This document shows, piece after piece, positions 51,021 to 63,780 of a stretch of 64,000 nucleotides of DNA (position 1 is its first letter; the number at the start of each line of letters is the position of its first letter). The stretch covers positions 120,964,001 through 121,028,000 of the forward strand of contig NW_024704742.1 in NCBI RefSeq assembly GCF_018977255.1, given 5' to 3'. The stretch comes from Callorhinchus milii (taxonomy: Eukaryota). A program made the translations under genes and the position numbers. Under the pieces are notes generated by a model that saw nothing but the letters and a program-made list of their open reading frames with translations, did no database searches and had not been told where the DNA came from.

Positions 51021-52183
51021 TAAATAGCATTAATTGTTCACAATGACCAGGTTTTAATGATTCGCAACCTGGTCATTCAATGGAGTACCAAGCAGCAGAG
51101 CAGCAGCCAAGAGCAAGTCTCGGCATTCAGTTCTTGGGCATCACTGATGGCCCTGGAGCCCACAACCATTCTGCCACCCGAGTTCAAACAAGAGATCATT
51201 GAAGATGATCAACAAAAGGAATAAAGGCATGAAAGAAACAAAGTGTCTGAAATGAATGATGCATGGGTGTAAGTTATGAATCTCAAGTAGCAGTAAAGTC
51301 TCTCCTTTCATTGCTGAATTTACGTTTTTAAGCATAAATAAAATGTAAATTTCTCTTCTCATTATCTACATAGCAATATGAATATTAAAGGCCACGTAGA
51401 TATACTGGCAATATAGACACCAAAACCATTGTTTTTTTCCTCTATATTGAAGTTCACTGATCTTTTTAATCAAAAACATAATAGGACCAAAAGCAATAAG
51501 CAGGAGAATAATAGAAGTCCAAGGTAATCTGATATACTGAAAATCATACCACCAAAAATAATTAAATTTCTGCTTTATCATTTGCTGGGCAGCACTCCAT
51601 AAGCAAGAATAATAATCCTTACATTTGATACATCACCTTATTACATAGTCAAGATATGGCAAAGTGCTTTTACAGCATATGCTGTAAAGATTAATAAAAT
51701 GAGTAGATGGTCCTCTCCCAAATCTCTTTCAATGAAAGACTAAATTTCAACTAGGGAAGCACTTGAATAACCTGTGCCCATTTACCCTCAATGTCCTCTC
51801 TCTCTTAGGGGAATTGTCGATTTGGCCTCTGCTATAACCCTCACAACAGCTCAATCAAGATCATTAATTCAGCATTTGTGCATTGTAAGTGGCAAACTTA
51901 CATTGCCACTCCAAAGTGCACATCATTGGTAAACCAATTCACTGTGCTTTAACAACAACCTTTGCAAATATATTTGTATAAATCATACAATACAAATATA
52001 TTTGTATAAATCAGTATATAAAATTGAGATAATTAACATTGGTATATAATACGCATTCCAAGTTACTCAAAAATACTCAATAATAATTGTCACACAAACA
52101 TGTTATCAAAACTGTTGTCATCATTAACAAGTATTGCACTTTCGTTTTATTAAACATTGAACATTTGGGGAAATACAACATAC

Positions 52184-52231
52184 CGGCATCTTTAACCAGC
52201 AGTCCAACAGAATCCTCCACATTGGTTGGAC
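52184..52231 (-). CDS. IPO11: IPO11 exon, 48 nt: (G)PTNVEDSVGLLVKDA(V)
   Basis: Acceptor ttttttttcaag, donor gtatgt; phase 1-1. Confidence 0.94.
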
Positions 52232-54114
52232 CTTGAAAAAAAATTATCACGAGCACAATTTTTAAATAATTTCAATTTTTAGTTGAAACAAAATAAATGG
52301 GATACAGAAAATGTAAAAAAAAATGAATGAGAGCAACAAGCATACAGTCCTAGTATTTTATAACTGTTACAGCAAAGCATGACAGTTATCCAGGTCTGTT
52401 GTTTTTATTACAGAATACTTAAATGTACCTCATACATATATGAATTATCTGAAGCATACTTTTTGTGTTTTAAAGGCATGAAATACCCAGAATGATGAAT
52501 GTCGATAAATTGCCTCCTCCTTCCCCATCTTCAGATCACACCTGAAGACCTTCCTTTTCAACCGTGCCCAGACATCCCCCTCACCCCCACCTCTCTTCGG
52601 CTAGACTTCAAGCTTTGTCACTGTTAAGCGCTCCGCTTGAAGGGTGCTATATAAATGCAAGTAGTTGTTGTTTCTTTTGCCCTCCAAATTGAGTGTAGAC
52701 CAAATCATTTACTTCAGTATTCATTCTGGGGCTCGGATTACTTCACTCTACAGATATGGTAAGGCTGAACCGTTCTTCTCTACAAAAATTTCCAAGGTGG
52801 TTCACAATTAATGGTGACTGATAGCTACAGCTTGGGAGTGGTGATAATCAGATCCCATTGGAATTAATTATGTTTTTGTGCTGCGAGATTAATGCAAATT
52901 TGTTAAACTAGCAAATCAGTTCAAGTGTAATTATAGTTACTGTAACTCCTTCAGTGGAGCCTCAGAGTTCATATTGTTGGTGTCAGTTAGATTATTCGTG
53001 TTCTCCTATTAATTGGCTGGAGAAATGGATCCTTTGCTTTTTTACACTCCACGTTTTCTCTTAAAGGCAGCAACTTAATTCCGTTCAAGGCCACCATTTC
53101 ATACCTGTCAGGAACCCGTACAGGATTTTAAAAAAGACTGCAGATATGGAGATATCTCTGCCTCTGGAGATATTAGCTTCTTACTTTCTGAACATATTTA
53201 TTTTGCGGCTCTATTCAGTTTTCCTTCTGTGGCTCCAGTGAGTGAGTGTGTTGGGGAGGGGGGTGCTGATTTTGACAGTTCACACATATCGGATTAGGCC
53301 TGGAAGGTTTATATACAAGGTCACTCCCATCTGCAACACTGGTGATTCGAAAGGTGCTGAACTGAGGTGTGATGAGACTAGAACCCTCACACACAATGTA
53401 TGGAAATGGCCATGGCTCCAAGAATATTAAACTGATTGCAAATGAATTTGTTGAAAACAAGTATTAAAAGTCAACCTAACCCACTTTACTATAGCCAAAG
53501 CTTTTCACTGTGATGGTAGATTAATCCATACAAAATTACTTGCTATCAAAATCTCCATTATTGTAGCATGCGACTACCAGGATGGTAGAAGGCAAACAAG
53601 ATGGACCTTTGTCTTTTTTCATCTAGCAATTCCTACGTTGGTATGTTCCTTCTGAGTGCTGAGTTGAGAAACCCCCCTTTGGATTTCTGGATGTAACGTT
53701 TGATTAACCATCTCCATTTTATCGTAAGTTGACTTTATCCACATCTATATGCCACTTGAATGAAGAGGTAATAGAAGTCAGTCCAACAAGAGGGACTCAT
53801 TTAGCCAATTCTCATCCAAAGTAGAAGCATTTTGTTGATAAGTGCAGCTTGCCCATTTGTTTTGAAGTCATTGGTGCTGCAGAATCATTTATCTCACTGC
53901 TCACTCACAGTAGAATATATAGACTATGGAAATCATAGCATTAACTTATTTACAAAAGCTTTTCTTACGATTTTGTACTTGAAATATTCCCAAGTAGTTT
54001 CTGTAGGAATAATTACAGCCTACTTCGAAAAATGCCATGGATAACTTGAGTTCGCTGAATTAAAAGTAGAATTACTTTGGAACCAAACAAATCAAGCAAA
54101 CTGAATGCAAGAGT

Positions 54115-54278
54115 AAAACAAAACGCAAAACACTGCAGATGCTGGAAATCTAAAACAAAAACAGAAGTCGCTGGGAACACTCAGCAGGTCAGGGTCGTGG
54201 ACCCGAAACATTTACTCACTTTCCTTTCTCATAGATGCTGCCTGACCTGCTGAGTGTTCCAAGCAACTTCTGTTTTTG
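54115..54278. mobile_element. Penelope-like terminal repeat in inverted (fold-back) arrangement
   Basis: 38-bp arms 54156-54193 and 54241-54278 enclosing agggtcgtggacccgaaac. Confidence 0.75.
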
Positions 54279-54385
54279 AATGGAAGAGTATCTTCCTAAA
54301 TTACAATCTGACATGATATAAAGGACTATATCTGCTTAGTTATTTTAAGTTCTTGATTGTTATTATATTTGATTATTTATAAAAT

Positions 54386-54680
54386 ATAATAAGAATCCTT
54401 GCATTTGATATAGCGCTTTTCACGTCTTCTCAACATCTCAAAGCACTTCACAGAACACACTGTAAAGTGAATTGACCGTATATTTGTGGGCGAAACATGG
54501 CAGCGAATTGCGCACAGCGGTGTCCCACAAACAGTGGTGGATTGAAAATGACCAATTTGTTATTGTGTTTTGTTTTGGAGGGACGTAATAAGAGTAAGGA
54601 AACTTACCCAAGGTTTCGCCCTGCCTGGAATTGAACCCAGGTGTCTCGCTTGCAAGGCGAGTGCTCTAACCACTGAGCTA
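54386..54680 (-). mobile_element. Near full-length Deu-type SINE
   Basis: Head, core and tail present. Confidence 0.88.
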
Positions 54681-56018
54681 TTTAACTGATAAAGTCAGCT
54701 TGGGAACAGATAATTTGTATTGAACTATTCCTCTGTCCAATGTGGCATCATCACCAGCTTTCTGTCCAGTGACATTACAACTCGAAGGGATAAACTGTCA
54801 CAGTTCACAATCATGGTGTCATGAGGGTGGAACTCAAATCACTTTTTTCTCTTTAAACTAGCCTTTTCAAAGCAGAGAACCGGAAAGATACCAATAAGTT
54901 CAGATACCTCACATGGGAACACAAATATATGAATGACAGGAAGCCAAATTGTATATCCACTTCACGCAATCTAAAGTCTATTTGCCAGACTTGTATTACA
55001 TATTCCATGGACTCTCCATTTCACACTTGGTCATCACACTTTAATCTAGAAATTTAAAATGTTTCGCAAGAAATGATCAACTCTTCATTCTTATCTCACT
55101 TTGTGTTTTCTTTCCATCAAATATTGGCCCATGGCTCTCTGCTTTTGCTTAAGAGAAAGCTTCAATTTAATTCCTAAATTTAATACCATATACTCAAATG
55201 TATTTGTTGCAATCTCAAATTGCAGATCAGACAACAGAATATGAATCAAATGCCCAGATTTGCAGGTCACAATTCCTACCTGAGGCTGAAACCTATGCAC
55301 CAGATTTAATGCAGCTTGTGTCTAATCTCCTCCCAGTGCTTCTCCAAGTAGAAATCATGCACCTGACATGCTTCAAAATTGGTCCAATGCTCTTGAATCT
55401 ATTGCCTCGGTAAGGTGACCAGATGTGGATGAAATATTCTAAGAATCGGTTATAAATTCCTTGCATTTTTATTCTGTGTACCGTGTTGTACACTCCAACA
55501 CTGGGGGTAAAATTGTAATTTCTTTAATTCTTCACGAAAACTTCAAATTTCCAGTTGATAAATGATTGACTGCACACGTGAGGCCCCACTCCCCAGATTC
55601 ACTTCGGCACAATAGTTGGGCTGGAAGCCCAGGATGAATATTTAAGCACCACTATTGTTATTGCTCATCATATAACCCAGTACTTCAATCCTGCTTCTCA
55701 GAAAGTAGACTTAATTCAAAATGAGGTTGCCAGTCTCCCATACACCCAATATACCTGCTGCAAAAAATAATTATTTCCTTTTCCCTTAAAAGGAATCCAG
55801 AACTAACGTAGAAAACAAATATTCAGACAATCAACTTTCTGAGCAATATGTATTTTTATAATTACGTTATTCAACACCATCTGTTTTTTATTGTTCTATA
55901 AGGTACATTTTGTAAAGCAGAAAGCAGTTTGCTAAGGACACAACAAACATTCTGAGAATAAAGGAACATATCAAATACACTGTGTACTGCAGATACTGTA
56001 TTTTTATATCATACATAC

Positions 56019-56109
56019 CATGAAGTGTCTGCACCATTTCCAGCAGCACAGGAGCAAGTGTTTGACTGTATTCGTGAAAAATGTCCAGAAACAGCACTTC
56101 AGTACATGG
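56019..56109 (-). CDS. IPO11: IPO11 exon, 91 nt: PCTEVLFLDIFHEYSQTLAPVLLEMVQTLH(G)
   Basis: Acceptor gtctcccag, donor gtatgt; overlaps ORF 55888..56097. Confidence 0.96.
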
Positions 56110-56467
56110 CTGGGAGACAAAAACAAAAGGATCTCAGGCAAATCTAATTGTGCAAAACTATATGAGATTGTGTACTGCTTTAGGATTAAAAGATCACACA
56201 CAAGATTTGGATGAAAAAGGTTATTTAGCTTATTCAATTTCATCCTTCCAGAACACCCACTTTAATCAGCCTTTCTTTTGATGTAGCGCCTTATCACACA
56301 ATTGAGGTGTAGGCATCTCAGGATATACTGTAAAGTACTGTATAGTTGTAGACGAACATGGCAGCTAATTTATGCACAGCAATGTCCCACAAACAGCGAT
56401 GGACCCTACCTTTCCTCCATCACAGCATCAAGCTATATTTTTTCAGAAATCCAAATTCAGAATCATC

Positions 56468-57345
56468 AAGTCCTGAATGAGAGCCAACTTTCTACAGTTG
56501 AACATCAGCAAGACCGAGGCTCTCCTGATTGGCTCGCGCCAGTGCCTCCGCACCTTAGGCACTGGCAGCATCAGCATCCACGGATGCACACTCCATCTCA
56601 CCAAAACAGTCAGGAACCTGGGCATCTCTGTGGAGTCCTGTAGCTCAGTGGTTAGAGCACTCGCTTTGCAAGTGAGAGACCTGAGTTCAATTCCAGGCAG
56701 AGCAAAACCTTGGGCAAGTTTCCTTACTCCACACGCCTAATAATAATCCCTCCAAAAAACAAAACAATAATAAATTGGTCATTTTCAATCTACATGATTG
56801 TTTGTGGGACATTGCTGTGCACAATTGGCTGCCACGTTCGTCCACAAATATACAGTCAATTCACTTTACAGTGTGTTCTGTGAAGCGCTTTGGGACGTCC
56901 TCCCGACGTGAAAAGCGCTATATCAAATGCAAGGATTATTATTATTATTATCTTGTTCGACCCTCAACTGTCCTTTATCTCCCACATCTGTGCCATGACC
57001 TGCTCTGCTTTCCCTCACCTCCGCAACATTGCCCGACTCCACCACTGTCTCACCCCTCAGGCCACTGAAACCCTCATACCTGCCTTTATTACATCCAGGC
57101 TCGACTATGCCAACGTCCTGCTTGTCGGCCTTCCCAACCCTCCACAACCTGCAGATCATCCAGAATTCTGCAGCTCGTGTCCTCTCCCGCACCAGGCTCC
57201 ATGACCCCAACATACACCCCTCGCCCAGCTCCACTAGCCATCCCTCAGAGGATCGAGTTCAAAATTCTCATCCTCGCCCTTAAGGCTCTCTATGGCCTTG
57301 CCCCCTCCCGACATGAAAGGCCCTTTAGAAATGTAATTTTGGTAT
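56468..57345 (+). mobile_element. L2 fragment split by a SINE
   Basis: MRANFLQLNISKTEALLIGS...VRNLGI, then SINE, then LFDPQLSF...ITSRLDYAN. Confidence 0.9.
56630..56950 (+). mobile_element. Full-length young Deu-type SINE nested in L2
   Basis: Head, core, tail; atct flanks both sides (possible short TSD). Confidence 0.92.
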
Positions 57346-58639
57346 TGTACCGTATTCCAGCCTCAACTACCTTCCCTAAGAAATACTTCCTTGTATCTGT
57401 CCAGAAATCATAAGTTATAAATGGTAAACGTTGTTAACTTCATCACAATGTTTAAATGTTTCAATTCAAATAGCTATTTAACTGTCAAAACGTAGCCAAA
57501 ATGAGAAGACAGAAAAAGTTTAATATAAATACAGTCGGCGTTTTGTATTCACAACAGAATTTCTCCCATTTTCTGTCTATCCCATCAACAGTCTCGCAGG
57601 CAAGCTTACACTCACAACATACAATAACTTGCATTTATATAGTACCCTTCACGTAGTACAACATCATGGTAACAATGAATTAGTTTTGCCTTTGTTAACC
57701 AAGGATTGATTGATCAAGCCTGATAAAAGGATGAAATACTTATTATTCCCCGCTTGGAGCATTTTCTTGACCATATCAAAATTGAGATTTAACAGTCTTT
57801 AACTCTTTAGGTAAGATTATTAAATCCAAAGCAAAATTCCTTCCTTTGAGTGAAAAAAGGAAAGGTGTAAGCTATCTCTAAGATAGTTGGAATTTAAGGG
57901 TTTGAGAGTTTGAGTGCAGTGTTCTTAGTCTGATAAATGCTGGGTATATTCTTTTACCAGGTTAATATCAGAGTACTAGAACATCTGTAAAGTAGTAATC
58001 TCCATCCAAATTACTTTCAAATCCCAGAATATGCCACCATCTAAATCTATACTAACAGATAGAGTAACGTCATCAGCAGCCATCAGCAGGGCTTCCGATC
58101 AGAAAAATATGGGAGCTATGACAACCAGAATCCTGATTTTTATTAAATGAATCTCAGAGAAGGGAGGCTGAGATTTTTGATTTTTGTATTCAATATTGTG
58201 AACGGGTGGTAAAAGGTAATACATACTTCAGAACCATAATACCATTAACTAAATTGATATCATCCACTACCATTCATTGGTATAATATTGCCAACAAAAT
58301 GTTCAGTAAAATAAGCATGGAGATGCATAGAGCCCAGTCACAACAAAACAAAAAGCTAACCAGAAGCACATATGCCCAGCAATAGATGAGGAGTGAAAGA
58401 AGGCCTACAGGTCCATCAAGTTAAGTTCCAAGAGAAACCTCCCTCTTCATTCCTCCTACCTCATAATATAAACCTGCACACCTCCCCTGATACTGGACAT
58501 TGGAAACACTAACTGAAGTTAGAGTATGGAAAGTTGAGTTGGTGTGAAGTTCAAGTGTGATGTGTACATCGAGAGAAATGAGTAATAGTGTGAAACTTGT
58601 AATTTGGGCCACCAACATCAAGTGCGTGCCAGCATTGGC

Positions 58640-58905
58640 CTGCATTACGATCCCCAACCTACCCACCCCACCATCGGGTGAGGGTTTCAGCCTATCTGTC
58701 CCCACTCTCTGGAACTCCATCTTGGAGTCTCTTTAACTCACCCCTTCCTTTGCATCCTTCAAGTTCTGCCTCACGACATTCCTCTTTGATCATCTTTCCC
58801 TACACCCCCAACCCCTCGGCTCCCACTCCCAGCTCGGGTGTAAACTCTGTCCTGTCCAGGCTTTTGGACGTGCTCCCGATGTGAAAGTTCTTATATAAAT
58901 GTAAA
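58640..58905 (+). mobile_element. Old L2 3' fragment
   Basis: AFSLS-like and LWNSI motifs plus tail. Confidence 0.7.
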
Positions 58906-59102
58906 CATGTTGTATAATTTCCATGAGTGTTGTTTTGTGTGTAGTATAGACACGAATCTTAATTAACTTTGGTTCCGAGCACAACTTTAAAAAAGGTAAC
59001 TGAGGCCAAGAGCAGCATCTAGAAGTCAGATGACTTCAATCAAGCCATTCTGGGGCTTTCACTAACATTATTCTGCTGAAAGCCCAATTTGATGCACACC
59101 AC

Positions 59103-59651
59103 TGTTAGAATATGATATATGTAATGAAACGCTTTAAGGCAGTGCCGAATAAAATTGTAAACGTTAAGTTGTGAATCTTGTTTATACGAATCAAAATGGC
59201 GGATAACACCATTTTTTACTCAAACCATCACTCAACATCTGTCAATAACATAAGTTGTTTTTGTCTAGTTAAGAAGAAATGGTCAACATGAAATATTGAA
59301 GTAAGACAACCTTGGGAGGATACAAGCTGTTTTGTAGTCAAAACGCCCGGTTCTAGGGATAAACAAGTAACAGCACGCTTGACTCTTTGCCCAGTTGCAA
59401 AAGGCCTACGTGCCTGACAGTTCATCGGATGAACAAAAGGTATAAAGTTGAAAGGTTGTTGACATAAAACAGCAGAATCGGCAGGGAACAAACACGAAGA
59501 GGTGGAGGCCCAAAGCATGCTGACTGCTCCAGAACTGAGTAGTATATGTTTTATGCATTCTTGCTGTGCTTATATTTGAATAAACCGAGTTAGCCACAAA
59601 ACTTTACTGTCTGGTCTTTTGACTCGAACACTGGGAACTGAGATCCCAACA
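59103..59651 (+). mobile_element. Solo LTR, about 549 bp
   Basis: TGTT...AACA termini, flanks ccac/ccag (4-bp TSD with one mismatch), TATAAA at about 59441, AATAAA at about 59579. Confidence 0.6.
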
Positions 59652-60672
59652 CCAGCAGTTACACATTCACATCAGATGTCATTGCGTGCCCATAGCATGG
59701 GCTCTCTTCTGTACTTTACATTCTAATTCAGTCACTTTAAGTTTCTATTAAAACCTGAGATACAAAGCTAAGTTTAAGCCAATCATAAAACAATATACAG
59801 GGACTTTGGTTGATCTCTATCACATTTCAATCAGCAAGTTACATAGAAACTCCAATTTATTGTAGTTAAAAAAACACTAGATCGACTTGATATACGCAAT
59901 AGTTAAAACCAATTAAGAGATAAACTGGTTTCCTTCAAAGGGTTGTAGGCCTTCATTCATGTAGGTACTACATGCACCAAATTGAGTGGATAATTAAAAT
60001 TAATGACTGCAGGAGGGCACCTAGTGGATAAGTCAATTGATGGTTAATGCAGCTCCCAATTATGGGTAATGAAAATTGGCAGATAATAGGGTTCTACCAA
60101 ACTTGTATATTGTCTGGTTCATTCACTGGCACATTAGTAGCCCGAATGACTTGCTAGTTGAAACTCATTACAGTCACACAGCAATACCTTGTGTGGTTAC
60201 AACTTTAAACTTAGGAGCACAGAAATACTGATATTCAATTCTAGAAAAAGTGACACAAAACCAAAACAATAGTTTAATTCGTGAATATCCTTTATACAAT
60301 CATTCGAAAAAATCCAGCATCCACTTCTACTCAACAAAATCCTGGTTCCTCATACTGAGCCAAGCTTACTGAGACTGGCAAAACGTGGCATTTTAGTGGT
60401 ATTGTGAATTGACAGGCAAGAGAAGGATTCCAATTCAGGTCTCTAAATTAAATTAAGATTAACACTGTAAACTACACGGTAAGAAAATCCAGTTTCTAAC
60501 AGAATCAGCTACTTATGCCAGAAACAAAATCATCAATGACATGTGACCTTGGACACTTGACCAAGTACAATTAGGTTTAAGTGCTCTTTAATAACACTTA
60601 ATAAGAAAACTCATAAAATCCAAAAGGAATTGTTTCAATGGTGGCAATAAGTTTGTAAATATTTTGACTTAC

Positions 60673-60716
60673 CCTTAAACTGTACTTCCAAGAATCCCCA
60701 CCAGTTTCTTCTACAG
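60673..60716 (-). CDS. IPO11: IPO11 exon, 44 nt: (x)VEETGGDSWKYSLR
   Basis: Acceptor tttgaacag, donor gtaagt; ends in phase 0. Confidence 0.95.
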
Positions 60717-61219
60717 CTGTTCAAATATAAGTTTGAAAACATGATTAAATTATCTGAAAACAATCAAGGATAACTGAACTAAGTGTAAATAACAGCAGAA
60801 TAAAAACAAAAGCACTGATCTAAAACCAGATTAGATTGGAACAAGAACGGTTCTAAAACACAGAAGCAAAGAATAAGCAACAAATGTACATCATGTAGGA
60901 GATTGGAGTAATACAAAGCAAATAAAGTTAAGACTAGCATCTCTAGGCCTTTGCAATCATTGGAACACAGCAAACTACTCATTACTTGCCAAACAAAACT
61001 AAGAGACACTTTCCCTCACTTTTACGCAATGGCATCCTTTTTATGAAAGCTACAAGCCACTCTATATCTGAAGATTACAATAAACCCTGCATTTGATACA
61101 GCTCCTAATCATGACATTGAGCTGTCTCAAGGAGCTTCACAAGTTTTACTGCAAAGTGTAGTGACTGTATTTTGTGAGTGAATATCTACAATTAGGTAAG
61201 AGGTAAAGAGGCAAAAGTT

Positions 61220-61640
61220 ACAACAGCAAAAATTTACTTTTATACGTAAATAACTTTCACATCGGGGGATGTCTTAAACCACTCCGATGATTCACACAGC
61301 TGATTAGGGAGGTCTCCTGGTTAGGGAGGGGACATGCAGCAGGTTGCCAATTGCTGAGCAGAGGCAGCGGTGGGTCTAGTGTTGTCAGAGAGGTAGGATG
61401 GGGAAAGACCGTGAGAGGATTTGAACATAAGGACAAGCATCTTGAATTCAATCTACTGGGAATAGGGAAGCAGTGGAGCTGAGTAGATTGAGAGTGATAG
61501 GTTCTCAGAGAAGAGGACATGTGCTGCAGAGTTCTGGCTAGTCTGCAGCTTTTGTAGAAAGGAGCTGGAAGTCCAGCAAGCTGGGCATTCCAATAATTGA
61601 GCCTGGACATGATGGAATGGATAAGGGGCTCCAAGGCCAG
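61220..61640 (-). mobile_element. Old L2 fragment
   Basis: LIHSIMSRLNYWNAQLAGLP; LQTSQNSAAHVL. Confidence 0.75.
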
Positions 61641-63702
61641 GGTCAGGGGAGGTAGTAGTTAGGTTTCCTAGTAACTGATCAACATAGTATGTTATACCAC
61701 CATATTCTGAAGAATTGGAAATGATTAAGGGATGCACGAAAGATCAATACACTGTGCAACAAAAATAGTCTCAATCAAAGTGACCAGAGTTTAAGTAAAG
61801 CATTTTCATATTTGGCCTTGTCCATGAAGTTCATCCTCTTCATGGGAGCTACATTATCTATTTCTATCAGCCTTGTATTGTGGTTAGAACAACTATGGAC
61901 ACTTTCAGTTTTCAGGATTTCCTGGTGATCAAGATACCGTACAGGACTAACGTAACCCAAATCTACCAAACTCATGCCTGGGTCACCCAGCAGTGTCAAG
62001 AGAAGGAAAGAAAGATGGTCTTAACTAAATAAATTGCTTTGAAGAAAAAGAAAAGATCCTCCATCAGAACTGTCCCAACACTTTGCACACATTTAATCTG
62101 GTTAACCTCTGAGATCAATTGAGGATACAATTTCGATGAAAGTGAGATTGCATTCAACAATGCAACAACAGGTTCCCCAGCTGAATTGTTCAACCTCACA
62201 CACTGGTACTAGAAAATGCAATACAGCTCCAATCTCTGTAAGGTATATAAACTGTCCAGACGGTAAAGCAAATTATGAACAGATATCTCCTGCGAGTTTT
62301 CAAATAAATATGCCACTATACTCATTCCGGTCTGGCTCCAGAAGAGCTCCAGATAATATCTTTCACACCTCTCACTCTTATTGTTGGGCAATGCTAAGCT
62401 GACAAGTCAGTAGAGAGGGCTCCCTCTGAAAGCAAGACATGCGATACTTCATTGAAAACCTGGTAAGTTGTGTTGATAACGGTTGGTAGATTTGGGGGGA
62501 AAACAAATTCTGTAAACAGGATGGCATTAAGCTTCATTGAAAACTTCCTGGTTTGCTTTAATCTTAGAGGAGTGATCAAGCCATACAGAATGCCACATAT
62601 GCACGCCATCTACAAATGGAAATATACTCATGTACTATATCTAGTTTTCTTTTTACACAGTCAAATGTTATTCTTTGTAGTTTAACTGATCTAATTTTGT
62701 ATTTTAATTATTCAAGATACTGTAGTTCCTTATATTTGCATGGATGTGCCTCATTGGGCGTAATGAGGATTCAACTTGTATTGATTAAATGTTTCCTTTG
62801 AAGGGTATTTGTTCAAGTGGTACATTTACACACTAGTGGGTTTTGAATAATCCAAGCACTGTGAAATGAAATGGCAATCACACACTTTCTAGCTTCCAGC
62901 TGCAAAGGGAGAACCACAAGGTACAACCAAAGCCAAGAATGTGTGATATAAGAGGTGTGGAAATTCAGGAAAGTTGTCTGCAATAGAAAAGGACATGGAC
63001 CAAAATAAGAGGAAAAATAATGAAGCTAAGAAAGAGCAGTGAGCTGACTTAGTCCTCTCTAAAATAGTTTTTCTTAATGCCTTGAAGTATAAGATGGCCA
63101 AGATTTTACTGCTGGTATCAACTTCAGGTCTAGATACAAACATCAGTATTCTCAATCGAACAAAGGTGTCAGCATCAATATTAACATGATGAATTGAAAA
63201 GTTTGACAACTGCAGACGTGATACTGTAATGGACAGAAGTCTAACCTGTTTAACCCCAAGACTTGCTCAACACTGAATTAAATGCAAACCAACAAAATGG
63301 ACAGTATTTTGAAAATCTTAGTGACAAAAAAACACAAACTCCAAAACCCAAAGGAATACCAAGTTTGTTTAGCTGACAAATATGGCAATTAATAGCTCAA
63401 CCTTCCTTTCAGGAACCTGTTGTTTGCCTAAATAATTGAAGGCCTATATCCACAATCCTTCCTCAAGTTGGCAGCGTGTAAAAAGGTTACCATTACGTGA
63501 ATTGCTGGAATCACAGAGAAACAACCAGCGTCAGTGCGTGCCTACATATGTACGTGCTCTGTGTCGCATGATGCTACTTTGACTCGGCGGACACCAGGTA
63601 TAACTGCAGCGAAAAACGCAAAACTGAAAATAAATCATGAAAGATAGGAGATGCACAAGAACAAATATGCCCATGTCACTCCTAGTTGCAAGACCTTTCC
63701 AA

Positions 63703-63780
63703 TGAGGTATCTTGTCTCTCTGTCAATCGGTTATTGAGATCCTTCTTGAAGCACAGACAGACACTGTTGTTTTATTAGAT
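63703..63780 (-). mobile_element. LTR-like terminal fragment, family of 6232
   Basis: tgaggtat...tcaatcggttattgagatccttcttgaagc near-identical to 6232. Confidence 0.55.

Larger units (their letters stand above)
2436..60716 (-). other. IPO11: Importin-11 gene, internal portion (12 exons; gene extends beyond both window ends)
   Basis: Twelve exons with compatible phases join into one open frame (2 nt + 331 codons) that closely follows the vertebrate IPO11 sequence as I recall it (e.g. RRRVIWLIGQWISVKFKS, HVYLLEDGLELWLVTLENSP). Confidence 0.97.

Noticed and set aside
62400..62468. Strong plus-strand donor-like site CTG|gtaagt
   Set aside because: No convincing acceptor, no recognisable peptide and no partner exons
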